Of a stretch of 64,000 bases of DNA, positions 38,723-60,274 are shown one piece after another (within the stretch, counting starts at the first letter, position 1; each line of letters starts with the position of its first letter). The stretch spans positions 9,982,001-10,046,000 of the forward strand of contig CM022668.1 of assembly GCA_012295275.1 (NCBI GenBank). Direction: 5' to 3'. Both the position numbers and the translations under genes were made by a program. Under the pieces are notes generated by a model. That model was not told the origin of the DNA and searched no databases. It saw only the letters and a program-made list of their open reading frames with translations. This DNA comes from Chrysomallon squamiferum. Lineage: Eukaryota; Animalia; Mollusca.

Positions 38723-40116
38723 AAAGAACAACGCAACAATGAAGTAACTAAATAGATAGGTAATAATAATAATAATAATAATAATAATCAAAATAAGAAT
38801 CAAAGTCTAACGTTAAAAATCTGTTTTCGTTATGGAGCCGAAGTCGATCTTTTTGTTTCAGTGATATAAAAATATCAGTCACGTAAATTATTTGATAACG
38901 GACATTTAAATTATAAATATTATGACTTCATATATTAGGTATTAATAAATCAGTAATTATAAATAAATGAATACAAAAAATGATGATGATGATATAAAAA
39001 TGCCCATCACAAATTAAATCATTTGAGGATGAACATTTAAATTTTAAATGCATGGTCTTCATATATTTATTATTAATTAAACAAATAAATAAATAAATAA
39101 ATAAATAAATAAAGTACAACGAATGAAAAACATCAACCACTCGAAATTAAACAAAATATAAACACGGACTCTTTAAAATATAATTAAAATGTTAATAAGT
39201 AAAGAAATAATGTAATGTCTTACCAGAATTTTGCTTTACCGTGCGCACTAAATAAAATTTACTGATTGCACAGGTAAAAATAAAGACGGGGATTAATTAC
39301 CTGGACGAGTCTATTTACAAAAACAGAGTACAGAGGTTGTCATAAACGACATTCGCACGTTTAGATTATTAGCTGACTGTTTACAATACCAAAGGGATTA
39401 ACATGAGGGGATTATCGTCAAAGTTAATCGGATAATCCTGTTCGGAGCAACCCCCTGGAAATCGATGTTGTCATATTTATACTGGATAACAATAACTGGA
39501 ATTAGATTTAAACGATAAACAACATAAGTGTATGAAGTAATAGGGTTGTTTTTATTATTCTTTATTATTTTTGACACGCGTGGCATAATAGATTAACACA
39601 CACAAGATAACACAGATAATTGTTACAGTAATCTAGCTAGAGCTTTACAAACGAAATCCGTGGTTTTTAAACAGAGATGTTCAGCTCATTAAAGTTTCCT
39701 TTATTATTAAAAACTGTTAAGCATAAAAATTGTATTTAGAAAACAACAACAAAACGACAAATATCAGGAATATTTTTTCTATACATTATTTTGGAATAAG
39801 ACTTCTATAGGTTGAAATATATCATTAATGTTTTTTAAAATAAAACTTTTATTTAGATTCAAAAGTAAGTTATCTTTACTGTATAATATTTAAAAATAAT
39901 ACCTTTATTTAGTTTCAAATATAGACAGCATTTTTGCAAAAAGTCATAATTATTGTACAATATGTATATATACATATCTTTTATTTACATTCAATTATAG
40001 AAAGTATTTGCGTAAAAGTTTATTATTGTACAATATATAAATAACTTTTATTTACATTCAAATATAGAAAGTATTTGTGTAAAAGTTATTATTATTGTAC
40101 GATATATAGATAACTT

Positions 40117-43100
40117 TCATTTACATTCAAACATAGAAAGTATTTGTCTGTAAATCCACAGACTTGTTTCATCGTAACACCATTTTAACATAGTTTTAGC
40201 CAGATCACGAGCGGTAAAACCTGCAGCGTTTGCTACATCAACTACACCAGCAGCCAACAGAACACCCACATTATACATATAGCCCCACTCTGCTGCTTCG
40301 TGGAGAAGGGAGTTGCCGTCGTTGTTTAGAATGGTTACATCAGCACCTTTCATTAACAACATTATCAAATTTTCTGGCTGGTTGAATTCTACACAAATAT
40401 GTGCTGCTGTATTTCCGTCTTCGTCACGAAGGTTAACGCAGCATCCATTTTCAAGGAGGACGTCGACTACATTACAAGATGAAACTGTTCGGTCACTGGC
40501 TTGGTTAACTGTTGTAGGTGTTTTAAAATCTTTCAGCCGAACTGATTCATATGCCTCTGCTTCTTGTGAACGAAGCATTGTGAGGGCTTCGAGCATGTCG
40601 TATAATGAGCCGTCTGACGTACTTAACGTCTTCAGAAGATCATGCATATATCCTGCCGCATCATGTAACTTGTTCAAAACTGCGAAATGAAGAGGACTGG
40701 CCCCGTCTCTTGACGTAACATTGGCTCGTCCTCCTCTGGCTAGAAGACTTTGTAAGATTTCAGTGTGATGAAAGAATGCCGCAACATGCATTGCTGTGTA
40801 ATGACCGTCTCCGTAATTCGGGTCAGCGCCTTTGTCCAGCAGAAAATCGACAACGTCTTGTTTCCCATCTGAGCAGGCGCTTGATGAGCGGAGTGATTCC
40901 GTTGTCGTATTCACAGTTAATATCTACACCTGCCTTGAGAAAAACGTCCATCAGATGCAGTGCACCGACCTCTGCTGCCAGGTGTAATGTAGTCTTTCCT
41001 TTTTTGTTTCTCCATTTAGGAGAACTGCCTTTGTTCAAAAGTAACTCAACATTTTTGTCTAATCCTGCCATCCTGGCGTAGTAAGGAGCTGTTTGGTTGT
41101 TAGAATCGACACAGTCTGGATTCACCTCATTGTCCAGTAGTACTTGAAGTACGTCCAGATTTTGACGAATGGCTGCATGATGTAAGCAAGTCTGTCCTTT
41201 GTTGTCCAGCAGATGAGGATCCGCCTTTAGTTCCAGTAATGTTGATACGCTATCCGCGTGTTGGTTTAGTGTAGCGAAATGTAAAGGTGTTCGTCCTGTT
41301 TAGGTCCTGATGGTTGACATTTCCTCCAGCTTCTTGTAAAACTTTGAGAATTGTACTTGACCCATTCATTGCAGCGAGTGACATAGCCGTCCGTCCTAAT
41401 TTATTAGGTGTGTTTACATCAGCTCCCAGACTGACGAGATATTCCGATTCTTTTTCCCTGTTATACATAACTGCTGTGAGCAAAACAGAGAAACCGTCAT
41501 TGTCTTGACTATTTATGTCTGCTCCGCTCTCAACTAGATATACCACTAAGTGTATGCCTACATGTACTGCTACATGCAAAGGAGTTAATCCGTCTTGGTT
41601 CTTTACTTCAGGCTTTGCTCCAGATTTCAAGAGTTCTTTCATTGTAGAACCGTCAATAGCGAGACAAGCGTCGTGCAGAGGACTATTCAATTCTCTGTCT
41701 AAACTGTTTACATTGGTTTTGTGTTCTACTAGTAATTTTATTATCACTGGGAAGCCATATAGTGACGCGATGTGAAGAACAGTTTTACCATTTGCCTCCG
41801 TGCATTCTGGGTCGACGCCTTTTTCCAAGAGAAACCTGACTGCCATGACCTCGCCACAGCGAGCTGCTCTGTGTAACAGAACGGCAAAAAGATCAGATTT
41901 CACATCTACTCGTCTGGAGAAAAGAAAACTAGCTATGTCAAAACTTCTCGCTAGTGAGTATCTTCGGAAATCTTTGTAAACTACAGGACAGGGTCCTTTA
42001 AGGTCAGATCCACTGCGCACTAAATACTGTATGACGTCGCTTTTATTATAATGTAAAGACAGTTGAAAAGCAGTCAAAGACAAATGATTTTTTAAAGTCA
42101 GTTCTGATCCTTTTTCTATCAAATATTATAAGAATTTGACTGAATTATGTTCTGCTGCGATGTGGAGAGGAGTGTCTCCAGATTTGTTTGGAACATTCAG
42201 TTTGGCTCCAGCCTCCACCAACTTTACAACAGATTCTAAATGTTCAGCCCTGACTGCCAAATGTAAAGATGAGTTTCCATCCACGTCTGCTGCGTTAGGA
42301 TCCCCACCTTTCTGTAGCAGGTATCCGACCACGTCAGCGATGTTGTTCTCAGCTGCAAGATGCAACGGCGTCTGCTTCTTTTCGTTCACAGCAGTTATGT
42401 CAAGTCCTAGATTCACAAGAAAAGCTGTGGATTCCACACATCCGTGTCTTGATGCTGTGTGTAATAGGTTTTCACTGTGACTCACTGATGTCTTGCAGGC
42501 TGGATTACTGCCAATGATTTCTTTCAGGATGTCGGCATCATCGTGTGCAGCGGCCAGAAAAGCACAAAGTCCAGAGTTTCCAGGTGTAACGTGATTTGTT
42601 AATTGTCTAAAGAGATCGCCAGCTCGGATTTCGACACTGCTGGGAAGTGTGAGTGGTCGATGTCTCCTTCGCAGTGTTTTTCTGAGTCCTCCGTGACACT
42701 GCAGTAGTAACTGTCTGAGAGCGTGACGAAGAACCGATTGATTAGTCTCTAACTGACAAAGTCGATGAATGAGAAAACGTGAAATCTTTCCATTTCCTTT
42801 TTCTAACGCCAGATACAGCATGGATCCCAAATCGTCAACGTTCAGATCAGCATCAGTTTTGCACTTCAGCAGATATTCAAACATGGACATATCGTCTGAC
42901 TTCGACAGAGCAGCAGCAGCCAGTGACGTCACAGTTGGAACAGTGCCACACTTCAATAAAGATGTTATTGTGTCAGAGTTTCCTGTGAAGCAAGAGACAT
43001 CGAGAATTTCGCCGCGCTGGTTGGTAATAACACTGTCGGTTGATTCGCAGACAGCTTTCACAAAATGTCTGGAAAGACTACGACAGTCTTCAGCAACAGC

Positions 43101-46100
43101 AACACTTGTCGTTGACGATGTCGATAATGAAATGCTCTCACGAACAGGACTGAGATCTGGGAGATCAAAATTGTATTTTTCAAAACTAAACAAGGGAGTA
43201 TATAAGTGATTTCCAGAAAAATGAAAGCATTTGCCTTGTTCTAAATCAGACCACAAAGCATTGACCTGTTCTTTATAAAAAAAACTGCAGATAGAGTCTT
43301 TCTTTATTTCAAGTGTCTGTGATAAGACTTTGTTTGGGACAACCGATTTCCAGAATTCCTCTGTCAAATATTTAACGAATTCTTCATCTTTTAACGATCG
43401 GTGTGAAAGAATAAGTCTTGCGCTGGACGACATCAACAAATCTGTAAACCTTTCAGCAAGAACTGGAAAGTTTTTCCTCTCAACTGTTACAACGACGTCG
43501 TCTTTCTTAGCCACACCAGGTGTAATGATATATTCAAGAAGCAACATCGCCGGACATATGAGGAGTCCTTGCTTCTGATACTCTGATATAAACTGCAGGA
43601 ATAATGTATCAAATATGGATTGGTGAATAAACGTGTATTCTCCCGCCTCTTTGTTGTGTGTCAAGTACAATCCACACAAAGAGTTGGCCGAAGCTTTCAT
43701 CTGACCTAGAGAAACATCTCTGTTTATTTTACACACGTGCTTCAGTTTACTGATCAAGTTTAGGATATGTGATGAATCTTCGAATGGGTCCAGAGAATCA
43801 TCTTTTAAAACCCCATCTTTGAAGCACATAATGAGTAGTACCAGGTACTGGCACTGACTTAGCTCCGACCTATCTTCTTTAAGCATGGCAAACTGATCAT
43901 TGAGAAATTCTACAGGCTTTTTAAAGAATTCCACTCCACGCTTCTGAGCGTTCTCTGAGCTGATGAAAAAAGTACAGCACTGCGGGAAACCAAGTTCTTG
44001 AAATGTTTCCAGTACTGCTTCATCTTTTTCTTCTTCTTTCATGTGTACCCCGCTGCAATTTAGGTGTCTGTCCAGAATGTTTCTCTTCTCCTCAGGCGTC
44101 AGATGCATATCTTCACCATGCAGGTCAATCAAATGTTTCTTATTGAAGATGGCAAAATCACGAAGACTTTGCTTACAATCTGAAAATATCTGTGTCCTGA
44201 ACGTGATTATTACCTTCATGAATCCAGAATCAACAAAAGACCAGATGGTTTCAAATTTCCTTTCCCATACTTGCTGAAACTCGGACACAAGATTGCTCTT
44301 ACCAAAAATGTCATCAATCAGAACAATTATCTTTTCTCTCGGCTTCTGCTTGACCAGACGTTTAGGTCTCGGGATGTCTTCGAACTGAGAAGGATCAGTC
44401 ACTAAAACAGGCTGAGTTTGTTCTCGATTTACAATTTGTTCCATAAGATTAAAACTCAGAGTTGTCTTCCCTGATCCCGGACTTCCTATGATGACGACAA
44501 TGCCAAGGTTGGCGAGTATTTCTTCTGCCATTCTGAATGCCCTGATCGGAACAAAGGTTTTGTGGTTGATGTGTTGAATTCGAGTCGAAGCATTCCCTTT
44601 AAAATATAAGAGGAGTATTTACGTTAAAAGTTATTGTTGTAGTCATAATTGTAGAAAGGGCAGTAATAGTAATATTAATCGTAGTTGATGAAATATCACC
44701 CGTTTGATTTGGCAGAAAATTTATATTTAGGAAAATAGCAGTGAAAAACGTGATCTGACAGGTACTATGGATATATAGTTCTATCAATTTTCACAGTTTT
44801 GACAAAAATGGGCTCTGCCACCAAGAATTAAATGATAATAGTCCAGCAAACAAACGGTCTATCTACAATTATTTCTATAAAGATGAATTCGCAAGGTTTC
44901 GAGAAATGTTGATATATATATATATATATATATTATTATTATTATATACATAAATATGAATTTATTTTCTTGTGAGCATGTGGAATGAAGTCATATATTT
45001 TTCATTTGAATAGTGGCACCTTCGCCCATTTTTGTCAAAATTGTCAAAACTGAAAGAACACTATCTCGGACCACACCTGCTAGAAATGTCAGCTTTCCAA
45101 ACCAGATTACTCTAAATAACAATTTTCTGGGACTCTGATTGAATGTTTCCATTCTTTGTTATGATTTGACACGGCGTGGTTAAATAAGTATAAAGAAATG
45201 TTTCGTTCTTCTTTTAACATTTTAATTTCGTTTCTTTTAGAACACTGATTAAATGTCTGTTACATACAAGTTGATGCGACACGAGAATGCAAGAATTCAT
45301 GTACTCACTTTTCATGTTGGAGAATTTTTTTGTTTCTTTTTCTGAAGTATGTGAGAACACACGCACCATATCCCTTCTTGAATGTTGTTCTGACATATTT
45401 CCTACAACAAGCAGATAAAGTGTGAATGAATGAAAAAGGAATGAAAGAAAAAGGAATGAATGAACCACTAAAAGATGGTTTCACGCTTAGATGTAATCTG
45501 CCTTTTTAAATGTTAATTCATGACAATGAAAAAAGCCCATTATATTAGCCAAATAATTCGACAATACATAAAGTGCAGGTAAACAGAAAAAGGTACAGCA
45601 GCAGTATTTCAAAGTTTAAACAATATACACATTGTTAATATATGGTGTTTATGTATTTCCGTATTCCTTTTATACATCTATACATATATATACGCAGACA
45701 CCTCCCCACACACAAGGAAATGTATAAGTAGGAAAACTTCTTAACTAAATTCACATTGATGATGACAGATATAATGAAGCAGGTCATTATCACATATCAA
45801 GTGTTGTATCTGTATCACAATCAAGCAGTACATACCTGTATCAAGCAATCTGGCTAACTGCTGTTCCATCATTACTTGTGGAATAAGAGCAGGAACATTT
45901 ACTTGGTCAGGTTTCACCGCTGAAGATGATCGTTGAACGAAACCAGAGTTCTGAACAGTGTAATCCTCATCAAAGTTTTCTTGTTGGCTTGTGGGTAGAG
46001 TTTGTATTCTCAAGTCCATTATCTCCGAGTCCACTGCTCTGAAGTCTGTTATCGTTATGACCTGTTTCTGGTGATTCGTTAATGGAGTCAGTGATCTGAA

Positions 46101-46530
46101 CTTCTGTACCACTGTGAAGTTCTTCTGGTGTCTTGTGGTCTGTGTCAGTTTTCTGAAGTCCGTTATCATTGTAAACTTCATCTATGTCAACTTCATCCAG
46201 ATGAACATCATTCTTATCAACATCATCAGTGTCAACTTCATCCAGATGAACATCATTCTTATCAACATCGTCTAAATCAGCTTTCTTCATATGAACTTGA
46301 TCAGTGTGCACATCATCTATTTTATCTTCACCATGAAGCAGGTGGTCATCAGATACTGACTTTTTTACATCATGTGTGTTATAATCACCTGTTTCATTGA
46401 AGTCAGTGGATTTGCTATAACCTGTGGGGCTGCAGTTCTTCTTTCGTTTTCTAACATTAGACGAAAGCGTGACATCCTCACAGACAGTCCCAGGATTCTG
46501 TTTTGAGTCATTCACATCAGAATTGTCCAT
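40117..46530 (-). pseudogene. NLR-like nSTAND3-type P-loop NTPase + ankyrin-repeat gene, copy 1. Coding exons ~46530-45836, 45401-45309, 44596-40117
   Basis: TFVPIRAFRMAEEIL...VVIIGSPGSGKTT (Walker A), IIVLIDDIFGK (Walker B), VIITFR, LGFPQCC, YTFIHQSIFD, then many ankyrin repeats (TPLHLAA, GADVN). Lesions: frameshift ~45985, in-frame TAA 42126-28, frameshifts ~41297 and ~40880. The NTPase ORF 44596-42126 is itself uninterrupted. Confidence 0.88.
44690..45150. mobile_element. Putative MITE with long degenerate inverted repeats in the STAND gene intron
   Basis: TTTTGACAAAAATGGGCTCTGCCAC (~44797-44821) is the inverse of GTGGCACCTTCGCCCATTTTTGTCAAAA (~45013-45040). Weaker inverted similarity extends outward on both sides. 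Confidence 0.55.
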
Positions 46531-47935
46531 TTTTTGTGCACGATAGCATTCGGTTTGCGAAGCTTCTACAAACCAGTATAACACCAATTCCTAATGCAAA
46601 AACAGGAAGATATTTGTACAGTGGTTAAAAAGTAAATGGGTTTAGATAAACAACGAAAGAGCTGTTACTGTTATGACTGCTAGTTACAACTACAACAGTA
46701 ATAATAAAGATAAAAATAAATATAACGTAAACATAATAATGATATTGATGATGACGGCGATGATAATAATAATAGTAAAATCACAATGATAACAATAACA
46801 ACGACAGTAACAATAACAATAATGTAATAACAATCAATAAACAATTAACAAACACAAACAAACAAGGAAAAAAAAGAAACAAAGAAAGAAATAATTAAAT
46901 AAATAAAACTTTAGAAAAACGAAATTAACGGTGTACATCAAATACAGTTTACAAAATAAAAAATAAAAAAAATATGAAAACACTATGCTTCATTCAATTT
47001 AACTGTAATCAAAATTTTAGCTATCTAACAGAAGTTTTTGGACGGCTTAACATCTTCTTTTTAAGACATAAACAAATTGTATACTTTTTATTTTAAATTA
47101 TTAATTTTATTTAATTTAATTTAAATTTGTATTTGTCAAAAGTGTGAATGTGTCGCGATACAACCTCTGAATGAAGAGTTACACACGGAATGACACTTTT
47201 CGGTTTTTATCTCAGGCGTACTTACCTGGGATACATAGATATTAACTGTGACAAATCCAGTTCAGAAAAAAAAAAAAATAAATAAGAAGAACATTTATAA
47301 ATATATATATAAAAAGAAAGAAAATAAATAAAAATTCGTTAAATAGCTGAAACTACGAAGTCGTCGAATCGTTTGAAATTTTGAACATGCCCTTACATGT
47401 TTTCCCAAGTCAGAACTACGGTACAAAGTTGTAATCGGAAGACAGATTACTGCTAAATATTAAATATAAAAAGAGTAGCTATTAGAATATAAATTGGTTT
47501 ATGTACCTAATTACATTTTTAATTTTGTGACAGTTGTTTTAAACATACAGTTTCGGTATATCTGTTAATACTTCCTTGTTGATGGCGTTCAAAGGTAGAC
47601 TACCTGAACTGATAAATACAAACAGCTGCATATTTTAAACCATGTGGATCAAGATATTTATTAACGTAGAAATTACGAACGTAGAAATTACGAATGTAAA
47701 AATTACGAATCTAGATATTACAACGGCAACGGTAACTAAATTATTCTCACCTTTTTCTCGACTGAAAAACAGAATCGTTTACTAAGTACTTCTCGAACTT
47801 TGATCTCAGTGTTGGTTCATAGATTATTTCCCCTTATTACCTAGTCTTAATAGCATATTTATATAGATTTTGATAATAGTAATAATGAAGATATTGATGA
47901 TAATGATGTTGATGATGATGATCATGATGATGATG

Positions 47936-47978
<43 letters not shown>

Positions 47979-48246
47979 GCTTCATCATAATAATGATAAT
48001 AAAAATAATGATGATTGTGAATATTAGAACGATAATAAAGATTATTTGACAATAATTGAATTAGAAAAAGTGTATTTTTTTAGAACTGCGTTTAACACAT
48101 TGAATATTAAATAAGTCATTTTCTTTTTTAATTCTGAATATGTTTAAAAAATAGATATATTTTTTTATTGTAGCATGTTTAGTTTTGTCAATAGAGGAAC
48201 TTGGTATTTGTACCTGACAATGACAATGAAAGTTCAATCTAAAGGT

Positions 48247-48373
48247 GAAACTGAAAGAATGAAAATCATTGACTTTCTTTGTTGAACCATTGGTTTGATC
48301 CGCTTGTGTGCTGAGAAAAGACGCGGTGGTGGAGTAGAAAGAAAGCTGTTGATTATGTTAACAGGGAATTTCA
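48247..48373. promoter_or_regulatory. IRF/ISRE-like and NF-kB-like motifs upstream of STAND-ankyrin copy 1
   Basis: GAAACTGAAAGAATGAAAA at 48247-48265 and GGGAATTTCA at 48364-48373. Candidate upstream non-coding exon donors on the minus strand at ~47226 and ~47750. Confidence 0.35.
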
Positions 48374-49819
48374 TAAAATGTGAGTGGTTAACAATTTGTT
48401 GTTGTTGTTAAACATTATTCCTAGCCTTGTAATACGGTTATAAAGCAATATGTAAAATATATAAGTAAAATGGACGCTTACTGTCTCATTGTCTCATCTT
48501 TTATAATTAAATATAAGTAAAATATATTCTATATAAAACATTTAACATTTAAGTATGACATTATTCTCATACTGTTTATTTAAATATTACGTTATTGTCA
48601 TGCTATTTGTGTATTTAAATATTACGTCATTCTCGTGTTATTGGTGTGTTTATTACGTTATTCTGTTGTTATTTGCTTATTTAATATGTTATGCTGGTAT
48701 CGTGCTTTTTACGTATATTCGTGATAAAGGTTTAAGAGTTCATATGAACAAAAAATAATTTGAAATTTACCTGATATATTTCAGTCAACGTTTAAAATAA
48801 AGTCCATTAAGAAAGTAAATCCAACACCTCAACAGTTTTGTTTTGTTTTTAAATTTTTTTTATCAGAAGACTACTTTTGTATAAACCGTCCACTCTTCTT
48901 TACCTGTGTGTAGCAACACAGCAATGTCACTCGACATTTCTTATCACAGTTAGTTTTCAGGTTGCTTAGCAAACGTCGCGTTATAAATCATGATACTGTG
49001 TGAGCGATAACAGAGATATGGCGAGTTTTAAATACTTGAAGGGGCAGATCAAGAAAAACTAAAAAGGGTTGTGAAATGAAATTCTAACCAACCTCCGTGG
49101 AATGCACAGTAAAACAAAAGAAAATAAACCTAACCGGAATCAAGGGAATCTGTTCTGTACAGTAAAGTAAATATTATTTTTAAAATGTTGTATGTAAAGA
49201 AATGAATATTTTTGACAAATGATAGTAATTTAATGAATATACAGCCAAAAATGCCCCAGTTAAAAAAAAGTTTAACTTTACAGTTTATACGGACAAAAAC
49301 AGATTGTAAACATGTTACAATGATCAACTTGAAGTCAACCCGATGTCAACAGAGATAAAAACTAGAAATTTAATATTATTTTTTTAATAACAAATTTCTC
49401 AACCATTTTTTTAATTCCTTGAATGCATGCATACATAAATGCAGACAAACGTCTACATATAAATAAAATTTCTATCTGGGTATTTATATATATATTTTTT
49501 GTTTTCGTTTGATTGGGATATATTCATATAGAGAGGCAGACAGACAGAGAGAAACTGAGTCTGAGTCTTAGACAAAGAGAGGTACATTTGCTACCCAGTT
49601 GAATATCAAAGGCTATGCTCTACCATTAAGATAAAACAAACAAAAAATGTTCCTGCTTTACTCGTATGACAACATTAATTTTGCTCATGTGATTAGAGAT
49701 TGACACATTTGAAACAAACAGTCGAGTACATGTACAGAACGCACCCCTACTTAGTGTAGTTATAACAACGCGTTGAAGAACTTGTATTTTATAATTTATT
49801 GTTATCTTAATTCACACAT

Positions 49820-49985
49820 TATCACGTGATCAGTTGGAGAGAAACACGACTAGAAATGACTACGTTAATAGTAGTCAAAATATTGAAATGAACGAGTACG
49901 AAAAACTCAAGTGGAACGAGAATTCACGTAACACGTATGAAAAGATAACAGCAATACAATTTTCAGTGTTAATGCGAGTTTATAT
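49820..49985 (+). pseudogene. Orphan copy of the EGF-receptor cytoplasmic tail exon (3' half)
   Basis: Nearly identical to 58328-58482 (LERNTTRNDYVNSSQNIEMNEYEKLKWNENSRNTYEKI), with no upstream exons. Confidence 0.85.
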
Positions 49986-50294
49986 GTATTTTAGTTTGTT
50001 TTACTGTGAAGTCCAGTTTGCGTGTCAAAATATGTGCGTAGTTTACATTCATCTGTGTAATCAGTTAGATTAAGTATTTTTTCATTACCTTTGTGCAATT
50101 AAAGATGTATTCTGCATTTTATCTTATATTATTCTCGTGTTACTTTTTATTTAAATGTTACGTTATTCTCATGTTACTGGTGTATTTAAATATCATGTTG
50201 TTATTTCGTTGTATTTAACTGAGCTTGTAACAATGTTCAGTCTGTTGTTGTAAATATTTAAACAACCACCTAAAGATAAAATGAGAATTTTGTT

Positions 50295-50398
<104 letters not shown>

Positions 50399-51081
50399 CA
50401 ATAATGCATATTTGCATATTGTTTGGATTATGTGATATAGTTTAAAAGCTCATATTATCTTGGAAAAAATAAAAATGAAATTTACCTGATTTATACTTAA
50501 AGATCAAAATAAAGTTAAAAAAAAAAAAGAAGTATTATTTAAAAAATTGTTTTTGTTTAGTTTTTTGGTTGGAAACAACGTCCACTCTTCTTTATCCATG
50601 TGTAGATACACAACAGTGTCACTGTACAACCAGTCATAAAACTAATTTCTTATCACAATTAGCTTAGCGAACGTTGCATTGTAAGCCATTACTCTGTGTC
50701 AGCGATAACATATGTAGGACGATTTTCAAATACTTGTAGGGGCAGATCGTAATATACATTACAATGGTCAACTTGAATCCCTAGAGAAATAACTTAAAAT
50801 TATTATTTTTAAATAATATAAAATTTCAGAGCCAATTCGGTTTTTAAAGCTTAATTAAATACATATTCACAACGAAAGCACATTCTGTGAAATTTATTTT
50901 TCCACCTATTATCTGTATGAATTTTAACTATGTTTATGATGGTTTATAATAAAAGGATTAAAATGTGTTGTTAACTGCTATCAATAATAACATATCAAAT
51001 GAAGAAACAAGAATATATCACCAGCTATCATCATTATTTTCACAATTATCATCATTGTTTTCACAGTTATCTTCATTATGA

Positions 51082-51151
<70 letters not shown>

Positions 51152-51254
51152 GTCATTTTATTTTTATTATTGTTTTTATTGTTGATGATGATGATGATAA
51201 TGTTGGTGATTTTGTTATTGTTTTATACTACTACTACTAATAATAATAATAATA

Positions 51255-51323
<69 letters not shown>

Positions 51324-51333
51324 GTTATTGTTA

Positions 51334-51412
<79 letters not shown>

Positions 51413-51414
51413 AG

Positions 51415-58529
<7,115 letters not shown>

Positions 58530-58608
58530 TCACTTAGATTGAATATTGATTTTCTTACCTTTAGACAACTAAAAATACAAACTGTTTTATGATATTTGGT
58601 ATTTAAGT

Positions 58609-58895
58609 ACTACAAACTAAACCGAGTGAAAACTCATCAAAACTCAAAACACGAAGATGAACATTATGAGAACATTGAACAAAGAAACGAGGAAACTCAG
58701 TCTGAACCTGGTGGTTACACCAGTTTTCCTTCCTCTGATGTATTCACAGTTTCTGGTTATGTTAATTCACAGGTATCACGTAATCAGTTGGAGAGAACCA
58801 CGCCTATAAATGACTATGTTAATAGTAGTCAAAACATTGAAATGAACGTGTACGAAGAACTCAAGCTGAGTGAACTTTTACGTAATATGAAATAA
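58609..58895 (+). other. Tandem duplicate of the receptor cytoplasmic-tail exon
   Basis: KLNRVKTHQNSKHEDEHYENIEQRNEE...QLERTTPINDYVNSSQNIEMNVYEEL is paralogous to 58215-58440. Confidence 0.8.
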
Positions 58896-59328
58896 AAAGA
58901 CAACAGGAATATGATTCTAAATATTAATGCGAGTTTATATACATATTAAAGTGCTTTATTGTGAAATCGAATTTGCGACGAAAACTTTGTATCTAGTTGA
59001 AATTATGTAATCAGATTAAGCATTCGTTTTCTTATATTTATGCAAGTAATAATGTATTCCATTTTAGGACATTTGGAACGTAAGCATTATATTATTTTCA
59101 TGCTATTTGTGCACTTACGATGTTATGATATTATCATCTTATTTATGCATTTAAAAATTATGTTAATTTCGTGTTATTTGTATATTGAAATATCACGTAA
59201 CTTTAAGTTATTTGCATGTTTATATATTATGTTATTATTACTCTATTCGTATAACACTTTTCTTTCCAGTTAAACTGTTGACATATAAAGATAAAACGCG
59301 ATCTTTCCCTTCAGCTTTTACCTTTTAT

Positions 59329-59454
<126 letters not shown>

Positions 59455-60274
59455 ATATATATATATATAGATATATTGACTGATAGAAAGGTTGATGGCG
59501 GACAGACGGATAGAAAAGTAGACAGATATACATACATACGAACACAGACATACACATACACATATTCACACATCCAATAAAGATATAGATATTTGTGTGT
59601 GTGTGAATGAGGACGTGTCAGACATATACACATCGTAGATATATAATTATATGCATAGATACTTACAACTAAGTAAAATAAAAATAAACGTTGAAGTATT
59701 ATCCCTTATTTTATTGTAAATTCATTAATTGAAGTTGTTTAGAAGTAAGACACAGAAATGTTTTGTAATACAAACCAGATGTGAATTATTTTCTCAGAGT
59801 ATTTTGTCAGCGGGTATAAAGGTCGCACAGTGAGAAAGCAGTTATAAAGTGTATTTTAGTGTTATAAATAAACAAACAGTTTTTGATATCAGGTACATGA
59901 ATACATTTCATCATACTCGGGTGACGCTAATTATAGTAATATCATTATTGATAATTGTAGCTAAAATGCGAATAACAATAGCTGTAGAAGCGGCTGAAAT
60001 ATATACTTAATACGTATATGGTAAAATGGTTAACATAGATTTATAATAATAATAGTAGTGTTGTAGTTGTAGTAGTGGTAGTAGTAGAAGTAGTAGTAGT
60101 AGTAGCAGCAGCACAACTAGCACTAGTAGAATAATAGAAGAACTGATAGAAGTAGATGTCGTAGTAATTTTGAAAAACCTGTACATTTGAAGTGCTAGCA
60201 AGGACGAGCAAGTTTCATAAGCCAGTAGTAGTAGTTGTTGTTGCTGCTTTTGTTGCTTTTGTTCCTTTCAAAAC

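Noticed and set aside
40313-44277. Plus-strand ORFs overlapping the STAND-ankyrin gene (also 61216-63891)
   Set aside because: Antisense shadows of the coding frame.
47219-47230. TACTTACCTGG resembling the U1 snRNA 5' end
   Set aside because: No further U1 sequence follows. It is a consensus 5' splice site (CAG|GTAAGTA) on the minus strand.
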